Origin: Amoebophrya sp. A120
Lineage: Eukaryota > Protista > Dinoflagellata
Direction of reading: 5' to 3'
DNA: 64,000 nucleotides
Assembly: GCA_905178155.1 (NCBI GenBank)
Contig: CAJINV010000009.1
Coordinates: 2,085,373-2,149,372, forward strand
How positions within the stretch are numbered: position 1 is the first letter of the stretch; each line of letters starts with the position of its first letter. The position numbers were made by a program, and so were the translations under genes. Below the pieces are notes generated by a model, which saw only the letters and a program-made list of their open reading frames with translations, was not told the origin of the DNA and made no database searches. Below are positions 22,400 through 35,888 of this stretch, one piece after another.

Positions 22400-25300
22400 C
22401 TAACGCTTGAACCCTAGATCCAAAATGGGCATATCACCAGGAACAACACAAAGTAGTAGATGATTTTTGTTTATAATACCAAAATCTTCAAACATAGACT
22501 TAGTCGGGTCCGGCAAGCGGTCGGCTTCCCCGAGACTGTTTGTGCTGGAAGACATGCTGTCTGCGAACTGGAGGCGGATCGGCCGCTGTGGTGTCGGGCT
22601 CGCAAAGGAACGATCATGCTCCCGATCCTCGAACGAGCGAGATTCTTCATCCACAGTGGCGTTTTGCGTCGCGTTTTGATTTTCCTCTGTGGTCTTCGCG
22701 TTCGCAACAAGCAATCGCGACTTCATCTCCATGATGTTTTGCAATTCGGCGGCAGAGGAAACGTCAGCGTGGTCGTCCACATCTGCTACCACTTCTTCGT
22801 CACCGCGGCAGAACTCCTCGCTGATTTCATTTTCCTTCTGGTAGCTGCTGGTGCCCACGACAGGGTGGGCAGCGGCACAGAGGTCTTGCTCCGCCGTTTT
22901 TACCGTTGTCTCCGGTACCAGTACCGCCGGAGCAGGCTCGTCGGTCATCATGATGATCTTCTTCCCGGTAGTTGTATTATGGTTTTCAAACTCCACAATC
23001 TCATCCTGTTCGACGAGTGCCTTCCCGTGGTCTGCCATGTCGAAATCGCGTTCGTAGTCTTGGCACAGAATGTCTGGACTTGAGTACGTGCGGGGCCGCA
23101 TCAGCAAGAGGAGCTTTTTCTCTTTCTTGGTCGGAGTGGCCAGGATATGATCCTGATCTTGGTGCTGCTCGCCCTCCTCGTTCCCACCGACGACATGGCC
23201 GACCGGCAATTTTGGATCATTTGTGGTGTTCTGTTCGTCTTTCTGCTGCATTTCTTTCTGCTCTTCTTGCATGATGAATTCCTGCGCCGGAAAGGAATGG
23301 TTGATATCTTCTGGATTCATGTTGTAGTGATTCATCAACTCATCTTCGTGCAGCTCCTCGTCGTCGTCGTTCTCGGAAAGCCCGGCACTATCGGACGAAT
23401 CGACGTCAAGATCCATCATGTGCTCAGCGTTTACGTGGTCGTGGCTTTGTAGTTCCCTCGCGTCAAGATTGCTGCAGCCATTGTTTAACTCTTGACGTTC
23501 TGCTGTTCCCGTCGGGTTCCCGTCCTGCGACACTAGTTCCTCAGTGCTGTGGTCGATCAGCACCGTCTGGTTCACCGAGACCAAGGTCTTCGCATCGGAG
23601 CTGTCCCGCGAAATCGTGCGCGCCAGCTGCTCCTGGTCGCTTACATTTTTGAGGTCTACGAGCAGACCCGGTTGCGCAGCCGCAGTCACACTTTGCAACA
23701 AATCTCCGGATCCAGCAGTGCCAGAAGTCGTGGGATCCTTGACTACCGCGGAAATCTTCTTCAATGAGCCCTGCTGGCTAGAAGTAAACGTAGTACTAGT
23801 GGACGAGGACCCCGCCACTGCAACTTGTTCGTCCTTACTGTGTCCACTGAAAGCTGCCCTGGCCGCCGGCGCCGCGCCACCGTGATTCATCATCTGGGTT
23901 CGCCACAGATACTCATCGCGTAGCTTCAAGAGCTTCCGGTTGGTGCACAGGCGGTAGTACTTTTTGTAGGAGCTTTCCAACTTGCCGAACATCTTGTCCT
24001 TGGCAAACTGCTGGCGCTTGAAGCCGGAACAAACCAGGTAGAAAGACAGGTCGGACGCGTGAAACTGCGCGGACTTCCACGGGCGCACATCGTAGAAGTA
24101 GTGCATCAGCAGGAAAATCAACTGCGTTTCGTTTTTGCACATCTCCGACCCGTACGCATACAAGCGGATCGCAAACAGGCCGTTCTCCTTCAGGTTTGTT
24201 AACCCGTTCAAAACCTGCAATGTAAGGGTTTGCTTGTGAAGGATGTACTCAAAAACAACAGTGAGCGGAGTATGCAAGAGCAAGAGCTTTCGTCTCAGTA
24301 GATTGCACGTTTACAACGTTACAGGTTACACTACATGCGCTGCATCTAAAACACTATGAACTGCAAGATTAGGATTTGCAGAAAATGAAATTGAAATTAA
24401 CCAATACAACCAGCTGCTGTAGAATGTTTTGAATGTACTAGTACTACGTCCTCGTAAAAATAGTACAGCGACTAAATTCATTGTCACACCTGGCTGGTGA
24501 TTAAACACGTGCGCGCTTCCTGTTCGCTGCGGACGTTTCCGTTGACAAAACCGGCGCTCTGCTTGAGCAGCTGCGCGTCGGCGAAACACAGGTGCACGGC
24601 CCGTTGGCAGCGAACCAGGTCGACTTTGTCCGGGTCCGCGAGCAGGTCGCCGAGGTGCAGCTGGTACCGCCCGAAGCAGTTCTTCAGACCCATCGGGAAA
24701 CCGCCCCACTCCGGCGGCAGCGTGAACCCGTACCCACAGGACATGGGGGAGCGATCCAGCAGAAACTGCGACGCCCCGCCCGGAGCCGCGCCGATGTCCA
24801 GGAACGTGAAGTTGGAGGGCAGATAGCGCATCAGCATATGCATTGCAAAAATATCGCGGTGGCTCGTCGTAAAAGTCAAAGTAATCATGTTCATGGCAGT
24901 CCTGCATTACAGATCCGCTTCCGCAGCCTCTCCTCTGTACTCCCTGAATCTGCATGAAGAAAAGTTCGTTGTACCTATATACTTTATTAGAAAAAATTTG
25001 CCATGCAATTCCTTCGTACTAGATCGTGCGACACTTTTGCACAGGATACAGCAGCTGCGTGAACAACTCCTCCATCACGTAATACATCTGTTTTTTTTCG
25101 TGGTCGAAATCAAAGCGCTTTTGCGGGGAAATTCGAAAGAGAAAATGAAGTTGACGAAACTATACTAGTACACCACACTACGAATATTTACAACGTCTTT
25201 GTATCTATTGGGATGCGCACCGTGTGGGTGCGGTCCTGATCGATCCGCGTTCTAAAAGTGAGAACGCATTTCTACACGTCTTCATTTTTGTCATTCATGT

Positions 25301-25993
25301 CATGGTAGTATAGTCCTACCTTCCGAAACGCAATCTTGGTCACCTCCAGATCGTACGCCGCAATTTTAGCGTTGGGCGCGGTCATCTTGCTTGACTGGTA
25401 GTTGTGGTAGGCGCTGCTCTGATTCTTGTTTTTATACCCCTGCTTGCTCTGATCATTTGGCTCCACATCTGCATCCCCTGCGACCGTCTTCTTGGCAAGC
25501 TTGCTGGTCGTCGCGTCCTCGGTACGTCCTTCTTGTTTGTTGACCTCGTATGGGTTCTTCCTGTCCGAAGCGGAAGGAAAGAGCGTTCCAAGTTGCAATA
25601 TCAACTAGAAAAAACCAATCAGCAACAGCAATCGACGTGATTGTGATGACGATTGTTCTTGTACTACTTAATCACTCTCAAAAGCAAGTGCCTTTGCAAA
25701 AAAACCACATCGAGCATCGATAGTACTAAAACATCAATCAACATGTCGATTTCTGTGCTTTTCGTTTTCTCGGAGATAAGCTTCAGTGGCTGCAAGGTAC
25801 TATGAAACGCGACGTCGCACTTCGGAGAGGATTGCTTCACTACACCAGCAACGCTTTGATCAGAACTAGTGTGAGCGAGGTGGTCGTCTGTGGACATCAC
25901 AGTTGCAGCTTGTGCCTTGCTTTCGTCGCCCATAATCAGCTGCACCTGCTGGTTCAGCGGAATCGGACGCGGAGGCACCGGATACTCGGCCAT
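22400..25993 (-). CDS. FtsJ/RrmJ-family SAM-dependent RNA 2'-O-methyltransferase with a long acidic C-terminal extension, multi-exon
   Basis: SAM motif FLDIGAAPGGASQFLL, LCFADA, LNGLTNLKENGLF and PWKS...SFYLVCSGF. GT-AG intron at 24489-24215; 5' exons and start codon are tentative. Confidence 0.75.
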
Positions 25994-27750
25994 GGGAGTG
26001 TCCAGAATCAATTGACTTGCTCTTCTCAACAAATTAAACACAACGCAAGGAAACGCTAACTCGAAACTACGCAGGCGGCCTCACAACTATAATTGATGTT
26101 GACGCACTTCTTCTTACTTTGTCTTTGTCCTTGTTGAAGTTTGACGACCACAGTTCTTTGGAGAAAAGTGCAGCCAGCTCTCAAGTGTTTGTGTCTCTCT
26201 ACTTCGAGTTCGACACTCCGGAATAATTCTGTTTGGATGAAAGGGCAATTTGGTTCTCGCAGCTCCCCGTTTGACGAATCAATGTAGGAAGATGCCAAAT
26301 ATGTGAGAGCAGTGCTGTTCTTTATTTTGTACCCATTTTCTGGCGGTACCAGACACTTCTTTTGACAAGAAAAAACATCTCGGGTCGACATTTCTCTCAA
26401 AAAGCGACTGGATATCTTTTTCTTTTTGCAGGAAGCAAGAACGCGGACGCAGACAAGTGAAGCTAGAAAAAACAAAGTAAAAAGTGACGAGTGTCTATGG
26501 AGTATTTGACACTGACTTCATCAACCCTCGAAAAAATCGAGGAGAGGCTGCTGCAGCTGCTTTCTTTTCGAAGGTCCAAACTGTCGCGTCGTGGTTCGGA
26601 AATAAGAAAGAGGCACCGAAATTAAACAAAAACACTGCTCATCTCAATTAAACATTGATGGACACCGAAAGAGAAAGTAGTGTCGCAGGCAAAACCACAC
26701 GAACAAACGAACCGAGTTATCAGAGCATCACCGGTTTTCTCCTCCTGCTCCTCGCGAAAAAAAAAAGTAACAGATGCAATGTGTATATGTCCCTGTAATC
26801 ATGGTTACTACTATCAGTCGGGCGAACAGGATGGTATAGGTCACAGTCGCGCGTTATGTGAGCCTGATAGTACGCGCCGGGAGCGTGGTCGCGAAGCTTC
26901 TCATGTTAATCTAGTTGTACGCCTTTTCGCGAACGCGATTCGTGATGCTTACTATTCTCGTCTTTGGATCGACAAGTGTATTTCTCGGTTGCCGTTGCGT
27001 TTGCTCTGTTCACCGTCTAGTGCTACGCAATGGCGAACTACAGCCAGGAAGTCGATACGCGATGAAAAGTATCACTACCAAGTTAGTTTTTTTGGCGCGG
27101 TTACTTCACCGGGACTCACTGCGGACGGCGCACACGCAGACCTACGAACATCAAAACTACATCATATTCCTAACCGCTTTTGCATAGCTTCTTTTACTTT
27201 AATTTTATTACACGAGTGATGATGGTAGTTCTAGAGTTCTGCAGGAGTGAATGGTAATGGACATAGTCAGGATGAGCGGAGGTGCGACCGCATGCGCTTG
27301 CGCATTCATATAGCCACTAAAACTAATAGCATACAAACTTCGCCGAAACTTCCTCATGTTCATGGTACAGAATCACTATAACTTACATTGCTTGGCGTTC
27401 ATCAAATCTCACAGTCACACACTGTGTCTACTACTACATCTACAGAAACACACAAAAAGAAGCTTTCAAGAAGTAGGTACAACAAAATATAATTCATAAA
27501 CAAAAAAATCTAAACACAACTCCTTGATCAAACATGTAGCTTCGGTTCATCATGGCGGGCAACACGATCACGACCACGGCGAAGATAGCGAAATCGAAAA
27601 AAGTAAAAAAATGATGGATAGTACCAATACAACCATGGGCACGGTGGTGGAGGGAGGGGAAGCCGTGATCATGAACTGAAGCATGGTTTTGTATCTATTT
27701 TTTACTTTGGCGCGGATGCTGCTGTTTATTCATCCATGCGTGTGGTTCCT

Positions 27751-30700
27751 TCACGCCACGACTGCCCCCATCACACATTTCTCGATTGGCGTCCGGACGA
27801 CCTTTCCGCGGTGAATGACCGAACACTCGTACTTCCCGGACTCCAACCACTTTTTTGGCTTTTTCTTGGCCTCGTCCTTCAAGTCCACAAAGCCCAAGCC
27901 GAACGGACGGTCGAGGGTATGGCTGTAGCCAACGGAGGTTAGGTACCCTACCGGCTCGCCGTCCCGGTAAAGAATGTCGGCGTAGTGCCCGTGCGGGGAA
28001 ATGTCAAGATCCTCGAACAGAAAGGAGCACAGCCGCTTCCGCATGCCCTGTTTCTTCCGCTCCTTTAGCTTCTCGCTGCCCCGAAACGGCTTGTTCCAGT
28101 CCATCGCGAAGGTGAGCCCTGCCTCCATCGGCGTCACCAGTGGGTCAGCGTCGTGTCCGTTGTGCAGAAACGCCTTCTCCATGCGCAAACTGTTCAACAG
28201 CGAAAACATACCCGCGTTCCGGAGGTCTACGTCCACTTCCTTCGCCGTGTCGAACATCGTTTTGTAGACGGCCGCCGCTTTCGCGTTCTCCATGTGCAAC
28301 TCCCACCCAAGTGTTCCAGCGAAGGAAACGCGCAGGGCGCGGACACCCGGTTCGACGATCTGAAAGGTGTTGGCCGGAAACTTCTCGTCCGAGAAATCGG
28401 TTCCCGGGTAGGCTTTTTCGAAAATCAACCGCGACTTCGGCCCCATCACCGCCAGCGTGGCGATCTCGTTGGTTTCGTGCGTGATCTGCACGTCTTTCAC
28501 CAGGCTGTCGTCGCTCTTCTGGCAGTGGCGCAGGTGGCGCAGGAATTCGAACGGATCCGCGGCAGGAACAACGCAGTAGAACTCCGTGTCGGAGATGCGG
28601 CAAACCGTTAGGTCGCCCAGCAGGCCGCCCATCTCATTCGCGAAACCGGTATAGACCACGCTGCCGACCTTGTCGCGGCCTTTTTCGGCGTTGTCCAGGT
28701 CCGCGAACACTGCGTACTGCATCAGCGCGCGCGCGTTTTCCCCCTTCACGCGTATCTTCCCGAAGGGCGTCATGTCAAAGGCCACGCACTCGTTCCGGCA
28801 GTGCAGCGCCTCCCGCTTCTCGAACTCGAACCACTTGGACTTCTTGTACTCGAAGGAGAGGTGCTCGCGCGCGACGGACACCGCGGCGGATTTGTGGGGC
28901 GTCATCTCCGTCCACTCGGTCTCGGCCCGAGTCTCTCCGCGGTCGAAGTACATGGCGCGCTCCCAGCCGAAGGCCTCGCTGAACACCCCGCCGTCCGCCT
29001 TCAGCAGGTCGTAGAAGGGCGACTTGAGCGCCAGCCCGCGCACGCTCTCGTCCGCCTCGCGGGGCAGGTGCGGCAGGTAGGTGCCGCCGTAGGACTCCAG
29101 TGCGCGGTAGGCCACCCACTCGTCCTTGGCGCAGATCTCCGGGTTGAAGCGCGCCACCTTGCAGTCCTCAAAGTGGTTCTGGAACGAGTGGGGGTACCCG
29201 TCCAGCGCCCACTCCGCCAGCGCCTGCCCGACCGCGGGGCCGGTCTGGATGCCCTGCGAGTTGAACCCGCCCGCGCTGAAGCAGTTGTCCAGGCCGACCA
29301 GGGGCCCGAGCAGAAACCCGTGGTCCGGCGTGTGCGTGTCCGGGCCGTGCAGCCACTGCTTGATCTCGGTCTCCTGCAACACCGGGAACGCCTCGAGCGC
29401 CGCGGAGAACTCGCCGCCTTGCTCCGCCTTGTCCAGGCTTTCCTCAAACACCTCGTGCGACGCCGTGCTGGGAACCTGCGCGGTGACGGACCGCTCCAAC
29501 ACAAAGTCCGGGATGTGCGGGATCGGCTGCGCCTCGAAGACGCCGATCATGAACCCGCCGACCTCCGGCTTGCAGTAGTACCGCCCGTCGAAGTCCCGCA
29601 CGACGGGCAACTCGTTCGTCACGCCCTTAATCGTGTTGAAAATGGTGTACTGGTGGGGCGCGTAGCCCAGCGGCAGCCCCTCGCCAAGAAACTCCTTGGT
29701 CAAACCTCGGGTCCACGCAGAAGCGGCGATCACGACGTTGCCGCGGTCTGCGAGGTTGATGGTCTGGACATCATCTTCGTGAAGATGACCTTCAGCAGCC
29801 CCGTTGTTCTTTGCGGAAACAAACTGCACGGAAAGTACCTTCGTGCGGTCTTGGTCCAACCCAAAGCCCACGACCCGAGCATTCTCCTGGATCACAGCGC
29901 CAACCTGGCGGGCACGCTTCGCCACGGCCATGGTGCAATCCGCTGGATTCACGATGCCGTCGTGGGGACTGTGCACCGCAAGCTGAAAATCACCCCGCGG
30001 GTTGTGCAAAAACGGGTGCACCTTCTGGGCCTGTGGTGCGTAGATTTTCTTTCATTTCTTCTTGGGCGAAACAACAAGAAAACGTGTTGATGATGATGAC
30101 CGCTATTTCCTCTTCCTACTGTTTCTGTTTTTATTCGTGGGGACAGTGTCGAACACGATGGTCATCCAACATGGTTCCAGAAGCTTCATCTGAAGATAAT
30201 GTCACCAAGAAAGGAAAATAACGAAAAGCATCCCGCCTACAACATTTACATACCTGTTCCAGACTTTCCAACAAATGGTGAGTGTGCCCCTGGTACCATC
30301 CCTGCTGACAGGCCTGCAAGAGGTTCTCTGCCGTCTCGGGGGACCTCGAAATGGCGAGACTTCCGGTATTGTGCCAGCCAATTTCTTCCATCTCTTTGTA
30401 CACTTTCCCGCCCGCTTCGGCAAGCTCTGCGATCAGGGGGGAGCCTTTGAAGTGCGTCACCAACCCCGCAGCGTGCCACGTGGACCCGCTTGTCAAGGAA
30501 TTCTGCTCCAAAAGCAACGTTTTCTGCCCCCGCTTCGCGAACGCGTGTGCACAGTTGACTCCCGCGACGCCACCACCAACGATGATTGCGTCAAACGTCG
30601 CATTGTTGTTCGTTGCAAAAGTTCTTCTGGCCTGCAGCAGTCGTTTCTCATTATCTTGTTTCTGCGCTGATATTATCATCGCACCACCGGTCGACCCGCG

Positions 30701-30757
30701 ACGGACGCCCGGGCGGCGTCCCGATGCAGTAATCCAGGAGACGCCTGCGCGCATCAT
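27751..30757 (-). CDS. Mitochondrial dimethylglycine/sarcosine dehydrogenase (FAD oxidoreductase plus GcvT domain). Exons 30757-30254, 30030-27751
   Basis: IIVGGGVAG Rossmann motif, LTSGSTWHAAGL (covalent FAD His), GPDTHTPD, GGFNSQGI, FGWERA, RVSFAGTLGWELH and SLRMEK. Arg-rich presequence and one GT-AG intron. Confidence 0.9.
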
Positions 30758-32209
30758 CGCGGGCTCGGCTGGACTGCGATTGCTGCTGGTGGTGTTGACG
30801 TAAAAAAATGATCTGCGCTTACTTTTCGGGCGCGGGCGCGCCTGCTCTTCGCGCAAGCAGCCGTGCCTGTAAGCAATAGAAAGTCGACAGCCTTATTACT
30901 ATGTATTGGCAAAAACAAAGTGGTCCGAGAAAATAGCAAGAAAATAGGTACTGCAACAAAACGAGTCTGAAAAACAATGCGTCAACAAATCTGAAGGCTT
31001 AGAAAAAAAAACAACGATACAATGAATTCTATCTGCTGCTATATTTTGAACGCAGTATTATTTCAGTGATTTTCTATATTCGTGGCAGTAGATTAGAAGT
31101 TAGCGCTACCGCTAGGCTACCTTTATCAGCATCGGAGAGCAGATGCAGCAATGAGCTTCATGCATTATGCTTGTTGTCAGCCGCCCCACGATATAACTTT
31201 TTGACCGACCGAAATAAAAAAGATTAAGATCATCTTCATCGTCTGCACAGATGATGACACTCCTGACCTGTAGCTGTACTCGATTTCGTCAGAAAATGAA
31301 TAGGCTATCTTCTCGACAAGTGGAAAACGACTAAACGAAGGAAACGAAAAACTGAATAAATGAAGCAAAAGGGTGGGAAAAGGCTGATGTATGAGGTATA
31401 ATTAACGAGAAGGGTCCTGGTGCGCGATTCGGTTGAAAATCATCCAGATTATTTCTGTTTATGTCCATGTTGTCCTCGATCGAAAATTCTAATTTGCATC
31501 GACGAATCTTGCTATGATTGCGCGAAAACAAAACGATGCCACCGAAGGCCGATTTGAAATGCCTCACTCCGTTTCCGTCCTATTTGGCGGCAATTACTTA
31601 GACTTAGATTCCACCCTGCCCTTTGAACACGCCATCAACTCAAAAAAAGACAGATATGGCCTGCATCTTCATCTTCTCTCTTCGAGGATGTGGCTCTTCT
31701 TATGGCTCACTCTGTCTTTTTCTTCGCGCACGCAAAGTAAATTGCAGCTACAGTACAACTTAGGACCCATAGAATTTTAGTTCGTGCACGGTGGTGGTTA
31801 AATACACATGTTCTTCCGAAGACACCAGTGCAGTTCTACGATGCGAACGCGAACCAGACTGACACAATATGCTTATTTGTTTTCCTTCTTGTTTTTGCGA
31901 GTTGGTTGCATTCCAACGAAGCAAAAAGAGATTTTGGGTTGACAGCTACATGAAGTAATTCTCTATGTGGTTTTGCTAGGTTTTTTTTTTTCAATGCAAT
32001 GCGTTTGGGAAAATGAAAAAAACAAATTGGAATAACGCAAAACGGAATCAGGAGAAAGGATAAAACTAGTGTAAAAGATGACATAAGTGGGATGGAAATA
32101 CTGGAGCGTAAAAGTCCCTGAATCTGAGCCAGGTACATGGACGAAGAACTTCTACTCTAACCGATACCGATAGACACTGATTGCATTTATTCAACAACGT
32201 CAACATCTC

Positions 32210-34780
32210 CTATGACTCGAACTGCGGCCCGACGAACTGAAAATTAGGTCCTCTCAGCGACGCCGCAAATTTGTCCGCGACGTCCTCCTTGTCGCTTTTT
32301 GCGAAAATGAAAAACCGGTCGGCTTTCTCGAACGATTCCTTTGGCTCCACCCAGAATCCGCTCGGAATGTGATGGTCTTTCATCTGTTCCTTGTAGTAGT
32401 CCAGGGGTTTGGACCGGTCTGCGCACATCCGCGCGTCCGCCATGCCATCGGTGTCGGAGATCACGCGCAAGGGGAGCTCGTCCCACGCGGGCGAGCGCGG
32501 GGTTTTGCTCACCCCGCTGCGGGCCGACAAGGGGCCCGCGCTTTGGTCGCCCGCACGGGAGGTGGCCGTTGTGGGAGAGTACTGCGCGTTTGCCGGGGAC
32601 GGAGAGCGGCCAGATTTCGGCGTTGCGCCCCCCGGTGCGGTGGTCGCTTTCGAAATCGGAGGGGTCGTTGGAGAGGAAGCGACGACGGCGTCCGTGTCAA
32701 AAAACTCCCCGAGCGCACCGTCTTCTGCGCGATGCGTGGAGGAGCGAGAAATGCGTTTTTTCACACCGGCGTTTGACGCTGGCAACGGGGGCATGATCGA
32801 CGGATTGTCCAGGTCCGTGCTCAAACGACTTATTCTTGGTTTCACTACGACGACCGGCTGTTGTGGAGCGGCAGCTGCACCAGGAGTTTTTGCAACGTCC
32901 GCACCGGCGTCGTCGACCGGGGGCGCGTAAGCGGGTAGGAGCATCGCACTCGACCTGCGCTGCAACGCTTTCTCTCCGGCAGTAGAGGTCGCAGCTGCAT
33001 CTGTTGCGTCCGTCACAGGTAGAACTCGTCCTGCGCCACCACTTGTTGAGACCCTGCTCACCGGCCGCACAGGACCCACTACAGGTGGCGCACTCATTGT
33101 GTTTGTAGCAACATCGTGTTGTTGTTCCACGGGTGGCGCATAGGCTGGCAGCAGCAAGGCGACACTATTTCTCTCGACAACCGCCTCTGTAGTTGCAGCA
33201 GCCGCGCTCGGGGGAGGTGGACTTGGTGCGTTTTGTTGCTTGCTGTCCACGAAAATGAAGTTTGGTTTCGGCCGGTCGAGGTAGACGGCTTTGTCGAATT
33301 CTGCGTAGTCCCGGGCCCGCTGCGGAAACGGTGCATCCCTGCTGATCCAGTCGAACGGCTGGTGATCACTCGCTTTCCCGGCTACATCGCGCAATCGCCG
33401 TGCGTAGTCCGGGGTCAAGTGGCGCTTTTCCGCGACGGGGCGCTGTGGCTTCATGGGCGGAATTTCGCCTACCACCTTCAGCTGCGGGCGGTCCAGGTTG
33501 TCGATGATTCGATTCGCCGGGCGCCTCTGCGTCGTCGAAAACTTCTGCGGCGCCGCCACCGTCTTGTCGTTTGGCAGGTTCTCCCCGTACGGGTTTTTCA
33601 GACTCTCGTACCGCGCGGCCACGTACGCCCCACCCGGCTGGGAAACTTCCGGCTTGAGGGCCTCTTGCGGTCGCGACTGCGCGCGCCGCCCTCGGGGCAC
33701 CGTGCTGCTGTTGGGTTGCGGGGAAAAAGGCATCTTTTCGGTTTCCGAGTCCGAGGGGCGTCCGGCAGGCGAGCCGTAGTTGTAAGCCCGATTCGCAGGC
33801 GGTGCCGACTGCGCGCGCTGGGCAAATCTGTACAGCGTGCTGCGATCGACGATGAAGGCGGTATCGTCTGCTAGCTGTGCGGGATTCGGAACCAGATTCA
33901 TCTCCTTCAACAACCCCTGCAGCTCACTGTCGTCCAAAACTCGCAAGCTCTGGCTCTTTTGCCGCCGCGCTGCAGTTCCGGGCACGACGAAAAACTCTCT
34001 ACGACCTCCATTGGGGTCCTGCTGGAATTGTTTCTCATCGTCCGCGACGGTCGCAGTCGCTGGGATCACCAACTCGTTCATAATACCATTCACCTGGTCG
34101 ACAATAGCAGATCCTGGTGCATTGTTCATCGCATAGTTCGCTTGCTGCTGGGCTAGCACTGCTGAGTTGCTTGCAACAATCTCTTTGTTTTCGCGCGGCC
34201 TGCTTCCGTCCTGCTGGATCCTTTGCATTTGCGCGAACTGCCCGGCGCCGGGCCCGGCTCTCTCGTCCGGGTACATGTAGTTCGGCAGTTTTTTCGCGCC
34301 GACGGCATTTCGATTGATCGTTTTCGCGTTCGCGCTTCGCGGGCCCGTTGACGCGGAAAAATCGTCGAGGCCGGCACCTGCTGGGATCCACGCCCGGGAG
34401 GAGGCGTCCGTCACGTTCTTCATGCCCTCAATGGCGGGCACCACCCGCCAGATGGGCTTTTCCAACGGCCGGGCGGCGGTGGACTTCTTCCCGCCGTGGT
34501 AGGTCCAGGAGGACCGAATGTTTTTGTTCGTCGTTTGGGCCGGGTCCTCGGTATCCCAGTCCAGAACGTTCTGGATGTTCTCGCTTCGGTTGCTGGCCGC
34601 GGTACGGGCCGAGCCGACTTCGGGCATCTGGCGCAACGCAGTGGTGTCGACCTTGTTCTTCACCGACATTAGTTGCTTCTGATCCAGCCGCCGCCAGGCC
34701 TTCTCGTGCAAATCGTTGTTCACGATCACCTGCGCAGCGTTCAGCTCGGGCTTCGTGCGTTGGGCCGGGGCGAACGACAT
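32210..34780 (-). CDS. Hypothetical Pro/Ala/Ser-rich protein, 856 aa
   Basis: Long ORF with GC3 bias and an internal repeat of LLPAYAPPV; no domain recognised. Confidence 0.75.
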   Translation of the reverse strand: MSFAPAQRTKPELNAAQVIVNNDLHEKAWRRLDQKQLMSVKNKVDTTALRQMPEVGSARTAASNRSENIQNVLDWDTEDPAQTTNKNIRSSWTYHGGKKSTAARPLEKPIWRVVPAIEGMKNVTDASSRAWIPAGAGLDDFSASTGPRSANAKTINRNAVGAKKLPNYMYPDERAGPGAGQFAQMQRIQQDGSRPRENKEIVASNSAVLAQQQANYAMNNAPGSAIVDQVNGIMNELVIPATATVADDEKQFQQDPNGGRREFFVVPGTAARRQKSQSLRVLDDSELQGLLKEMNLVPNPAQLADDTAFIVDRSTLYRFAQRAQSAPPANRAYNYGSPAGRPSDSETEKMPFSPQPNSSTVPRGRRAQSRPQEALKPEVSQPGGAYVAARYESLKNPYGENLPNDKTVAAPQKFSTTQRRPANRIIDNLDRPQLKVVGEIPPMKPQRPVAEKRHLTPDYARRLRDVAGKASDHQPFDWISRDAPFPQRARDYAEFDKAVYLDRPKPNFIFVDSKQQNAPSPPPPSAAAATTEAVVERNSVALLLPAYAPPVEQQHDVATNTMSAPPVVGPVRPVSRVSTSGGAGRVLPVTDATDAAATSTAGEKALQRRSSAMLLPAYAPPVDDAGADVAKTPGAAAAPQQPVVVVKPRISRLSTDLDNPSIMPPLPASNAGVKKRISRSSTHRAEDGALGEFFDTDAVVASSPTTPPISKATTAPGGATPKSGRSPSPANAQYSPTTATSRAGDQSAGPLSARSGVSKTPRSPAWDELPLRVISDTDGMADARMCADRSKPLDYYKEQMKDHHIPSGFWVEPKESFEKADRFFIFAKSDKEDVADKFAASLRGPNFQFVGPQFES

Positions 34781-35888
34781 GTTTGCCGTCGTATATGTTC
34801 CGTTTTAGTAGTTTGTCGTTTCTTTGGTTGTTGCAAGCGGTGGGCAGCCGGCCGCGAGGGCGGCTATTATTGTCAAAATGAAGCCGCGGCCGAATCAATG
34901 ATGCCGTACTGCCGCTAGGTGGGGAAGTTTTTCATTGCAATTTTTGGCTTAGAATGGGGATGCGTTCCTATAGTATCAAACAAGTTGCAGTCGGTACGAA
35001 AGAAAAAGATATCCGCTTCAAAAATGGTAGTGAGTTGACTCGCTGCAGTAGCTCTAGCGTCTGCGTCACTTGTTGCTGTTGGGCTCGTTATACTTTAAGG
35101 GAGAGTTGTAAGAGATGAAATAATTATGGGAATGGGGTCGACGACGTCGGCGCGTATAAATACGTATTCATAATTATGAAAATGGTCCGACGATCATGTG
35201 CAGCTAGAAGCTGCTGGAGAACCTGGCCTAAGTGGTGATGTTCAATTCGAAAGAGCTACCAGAAAAAGCAAACACGCACCACAAGAGATGAAACCGGTGG
35301 GTGCTCAAATAAATAAGCAATACACCATGTGAAAATGGTGCATCTGCAAGGACGCTCAACCGACAAGGACACGCAGCAACTTAAAGCTGAGTTTCTGCAG
35401 CAACAGCAGCACGACCGACAGTGTGACAAAATCAACTAGCATCACGTTCACACCACACCGATTGCATGTATTCTCGCTCCGAGATGACCGAGGCCACATT
35501 CAATTGTGGGCTTTTTTGCGTTTCGTCTTACGGGGAGATGCGTGTTAGAGCTTGCACGTGCACGATTTACATTTACCGGCTCTGCTCCTTTGCGTTGTAT
35601 ATTCACCGATCGGAAACGTAATAAAGGTAGGAAACACTAGAAGCGAGAATTAAAACGAGTGCGCTTGATCTTCATTTTCATAGACAGTTGAAGACGAAGT
35701 TGAAGTTCAAGTTGATGAATACATAAAGAACACATTGTAATTGATGAACCCGCCAAACCAGCTGCTCTTCTACCTATACGACCTCACGTGGCGTGAAAAT
35801 GAGTGACACAATTGGTGGAATGAAAACTGTCGCTATAATCGGTCGCCTTGGGGAGGAAAAAAACTGAGATGATGTTGTTGGTCGCGGA

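Noticed and set aside
28801-30090. Long plus-strand ORFs (also 371-1390, 12011-12907, 53913-55064)
   Set aside because: These are antisense shadows of GC3-rich minus-strand genes with no recognisable motifs.
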